A DNA stretch of 28,118 nt from Candidatus Micrarchaeota archaeon (GTDB taxonomy: Archaea; Iainarchaeota; Iainarchaeia; JAADDC01). Of the stretch, positions 27,269 to 28,118 are shown piece after piece. Position numbers and translations under genes: made by a program. Position 1 is the first letter of the stretch. The number at the start of each line of letters is the position of its first letter. Location: positions 1-28,118 of the forward strand of contig JALTXX010000014.1 in assembly GCA_027046625.1 (NCBI GenBank), written 5' to 3'. The notes beneath the pieces were generated by a model, which saw nothing but the letters and a program-made list of their open reading frames with translations, did not search any database and was not told the origin of the DNA.

Positions 27269-27537
27269 TGTAGAGATGATAGAAGCGCTTCTTTAAGTGC
27301 CTTTACATCAGCCTTTGCCTTCTTTACACTTTCTAGTAAAATTTCCTTTGGGGAACCCTCCTTCACCACAAAATATACCAGGGCCGTCTCTTTTAGGGGA
27401 TGCTCCTTCTTGAAAGCTGCTGATTCAACCCTTTCGTCCATGTTAAGGTACTTTGAAATCAATGAAGCTAGGGTAAGGTTCTTCACCTCCACCTCCATGG
27501 ATCTCTCATCCTCTCGCAAAACTTTCATCACCATCAC
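27265..27537 (-). CDS. rpoL: DNA-directed RNA polymerase subunit L (Rpo11); start possibly ATG 27528
   Basis: TLASLI..YL..DERVESAAFKKEHPL; canonical position after csl4. Confidence 0.9.
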   Translation of the reverse strand: MMVMKVLREDERSMEVEVKNLTLASLISKYLNMDERVESAAFKKEHPLKETALVYFVVKEGSPKEILLESVKKAKADVKALKEALLSSLQ

Positions 27538-28097
27538 CTCGGCAGCTTGGGATCACCATAATCCTGTGCCACCTTCCTTTTAAAACTCCTTCTACAGCGG
27601 GGACAGTATAGATCTGCTCCCCTTCTTACAAGGGGGGTTCTGTCATATTTGCAATAAGCCTTTATTACACCCAGTTCCCTTCCTATAGTGGTCAGCTGAG
27701 GGTAAAATCTCTTTACAATGCGTTTTACTCTCGCTCTAACCCAATCTCCCACCTCAAATTCTTGGTATATATCTTCCACAAATTCTTTTCTAATATCAGA
27801 GATGTGAATAGCCCCGATAGGAGATGGAGGCATAAGTCGGTAGTGTCTTGTGTGGTACGGATAAAGACTTACAAGTACCAACTGATCTAGTATCTGGAAC
27901 ACTTTTCCGTATACAATGGATCCCTCCTTATTTATACCGGGAATCTTCATGGGTGGAGATATACTAACCGTTCTTTCGATTGTATTAAACTTTGGTTCTC
28001 CTAGAAACTTAGAATATACGCTATCGTCCTCCACATAAACCCCAAGGGATGGAGCAAATTCCTCTATTTCACACACTTTCTCTCCTGGTGTTTTCAT
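27534..28097 (-). CDS. csl4: Exosome complex RNA-binding protein Csl4
   Basis: PGEKVCEIEEF, S1 domain IHISDI...GDWVRARV, LGVIKAYC..DR...CPRC...RKVA.DYG Zn ribbon. Confidence 0.94.
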   Translation of the reverse strand: MKTPGEKVCEIEEFAPSLGVYVEDDSVYSKFLGEPKFNTIERTVSISPPMKIPGINKEGSIVYGKVFQILDQLVLVSLYPYHTRHYRLMPPSPIGAIHISDIRKEFVEDIYQEFEVGDWVRARVKRIVKRFYPQLTTIGRELGVIKAYCKYDRTPLVRRGADLYCPRCRRSFKRKVAQDYGDPKLPR

Positions 28098-28118
28098 ACA
28101 CTATCAGCCCTCTGCCAT

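Overview
Archaeal chromosomal window from a compact, probably thermophilic and streamlined (possibly DPANN-type) genome. Positions ~47-7033 are a complete ~6.9 kb integrated element inserted in initiator tRNA-Met and bounded by a perfect 48-bp att repeat. It carries a tyrosine integrase whose frame runs through the att site (SSV1-type split integrase), an orphan 417-aa candidate replication protein, a small wHTH, a membrane-anchored surface protein, an HTH-fused large terminase with no capsid, portal or tail genes, and an HTH-ImmA/IrrE Zn-peptidase + PIN toxin pair. It is best read as a candidate archaeal virus satellite. After it come tRNA-Phe, a copB copper-export locus with a membrane-bound HTH regulator, tRNA-Gly, the rps19e-PDCD5-rpl39e-rpl31e-eif6-rpl18a-pfdA-ftsY-srp54-trmY-pus10 operon, a prepilin peptidase, rtcA, GGGP synthase, egsA, a shrunken and apparently catalytically dead PolD pair (DP1/DP2), UPF0147, a NOG1-like GTPase, secF/secD, signal peptidase I, DUF99, rpoL and csl4. 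ftsY and srp54 share a perfect 56-bp nucleotide tract. Family assignments come from motif recognition by eye; no database searches were run.
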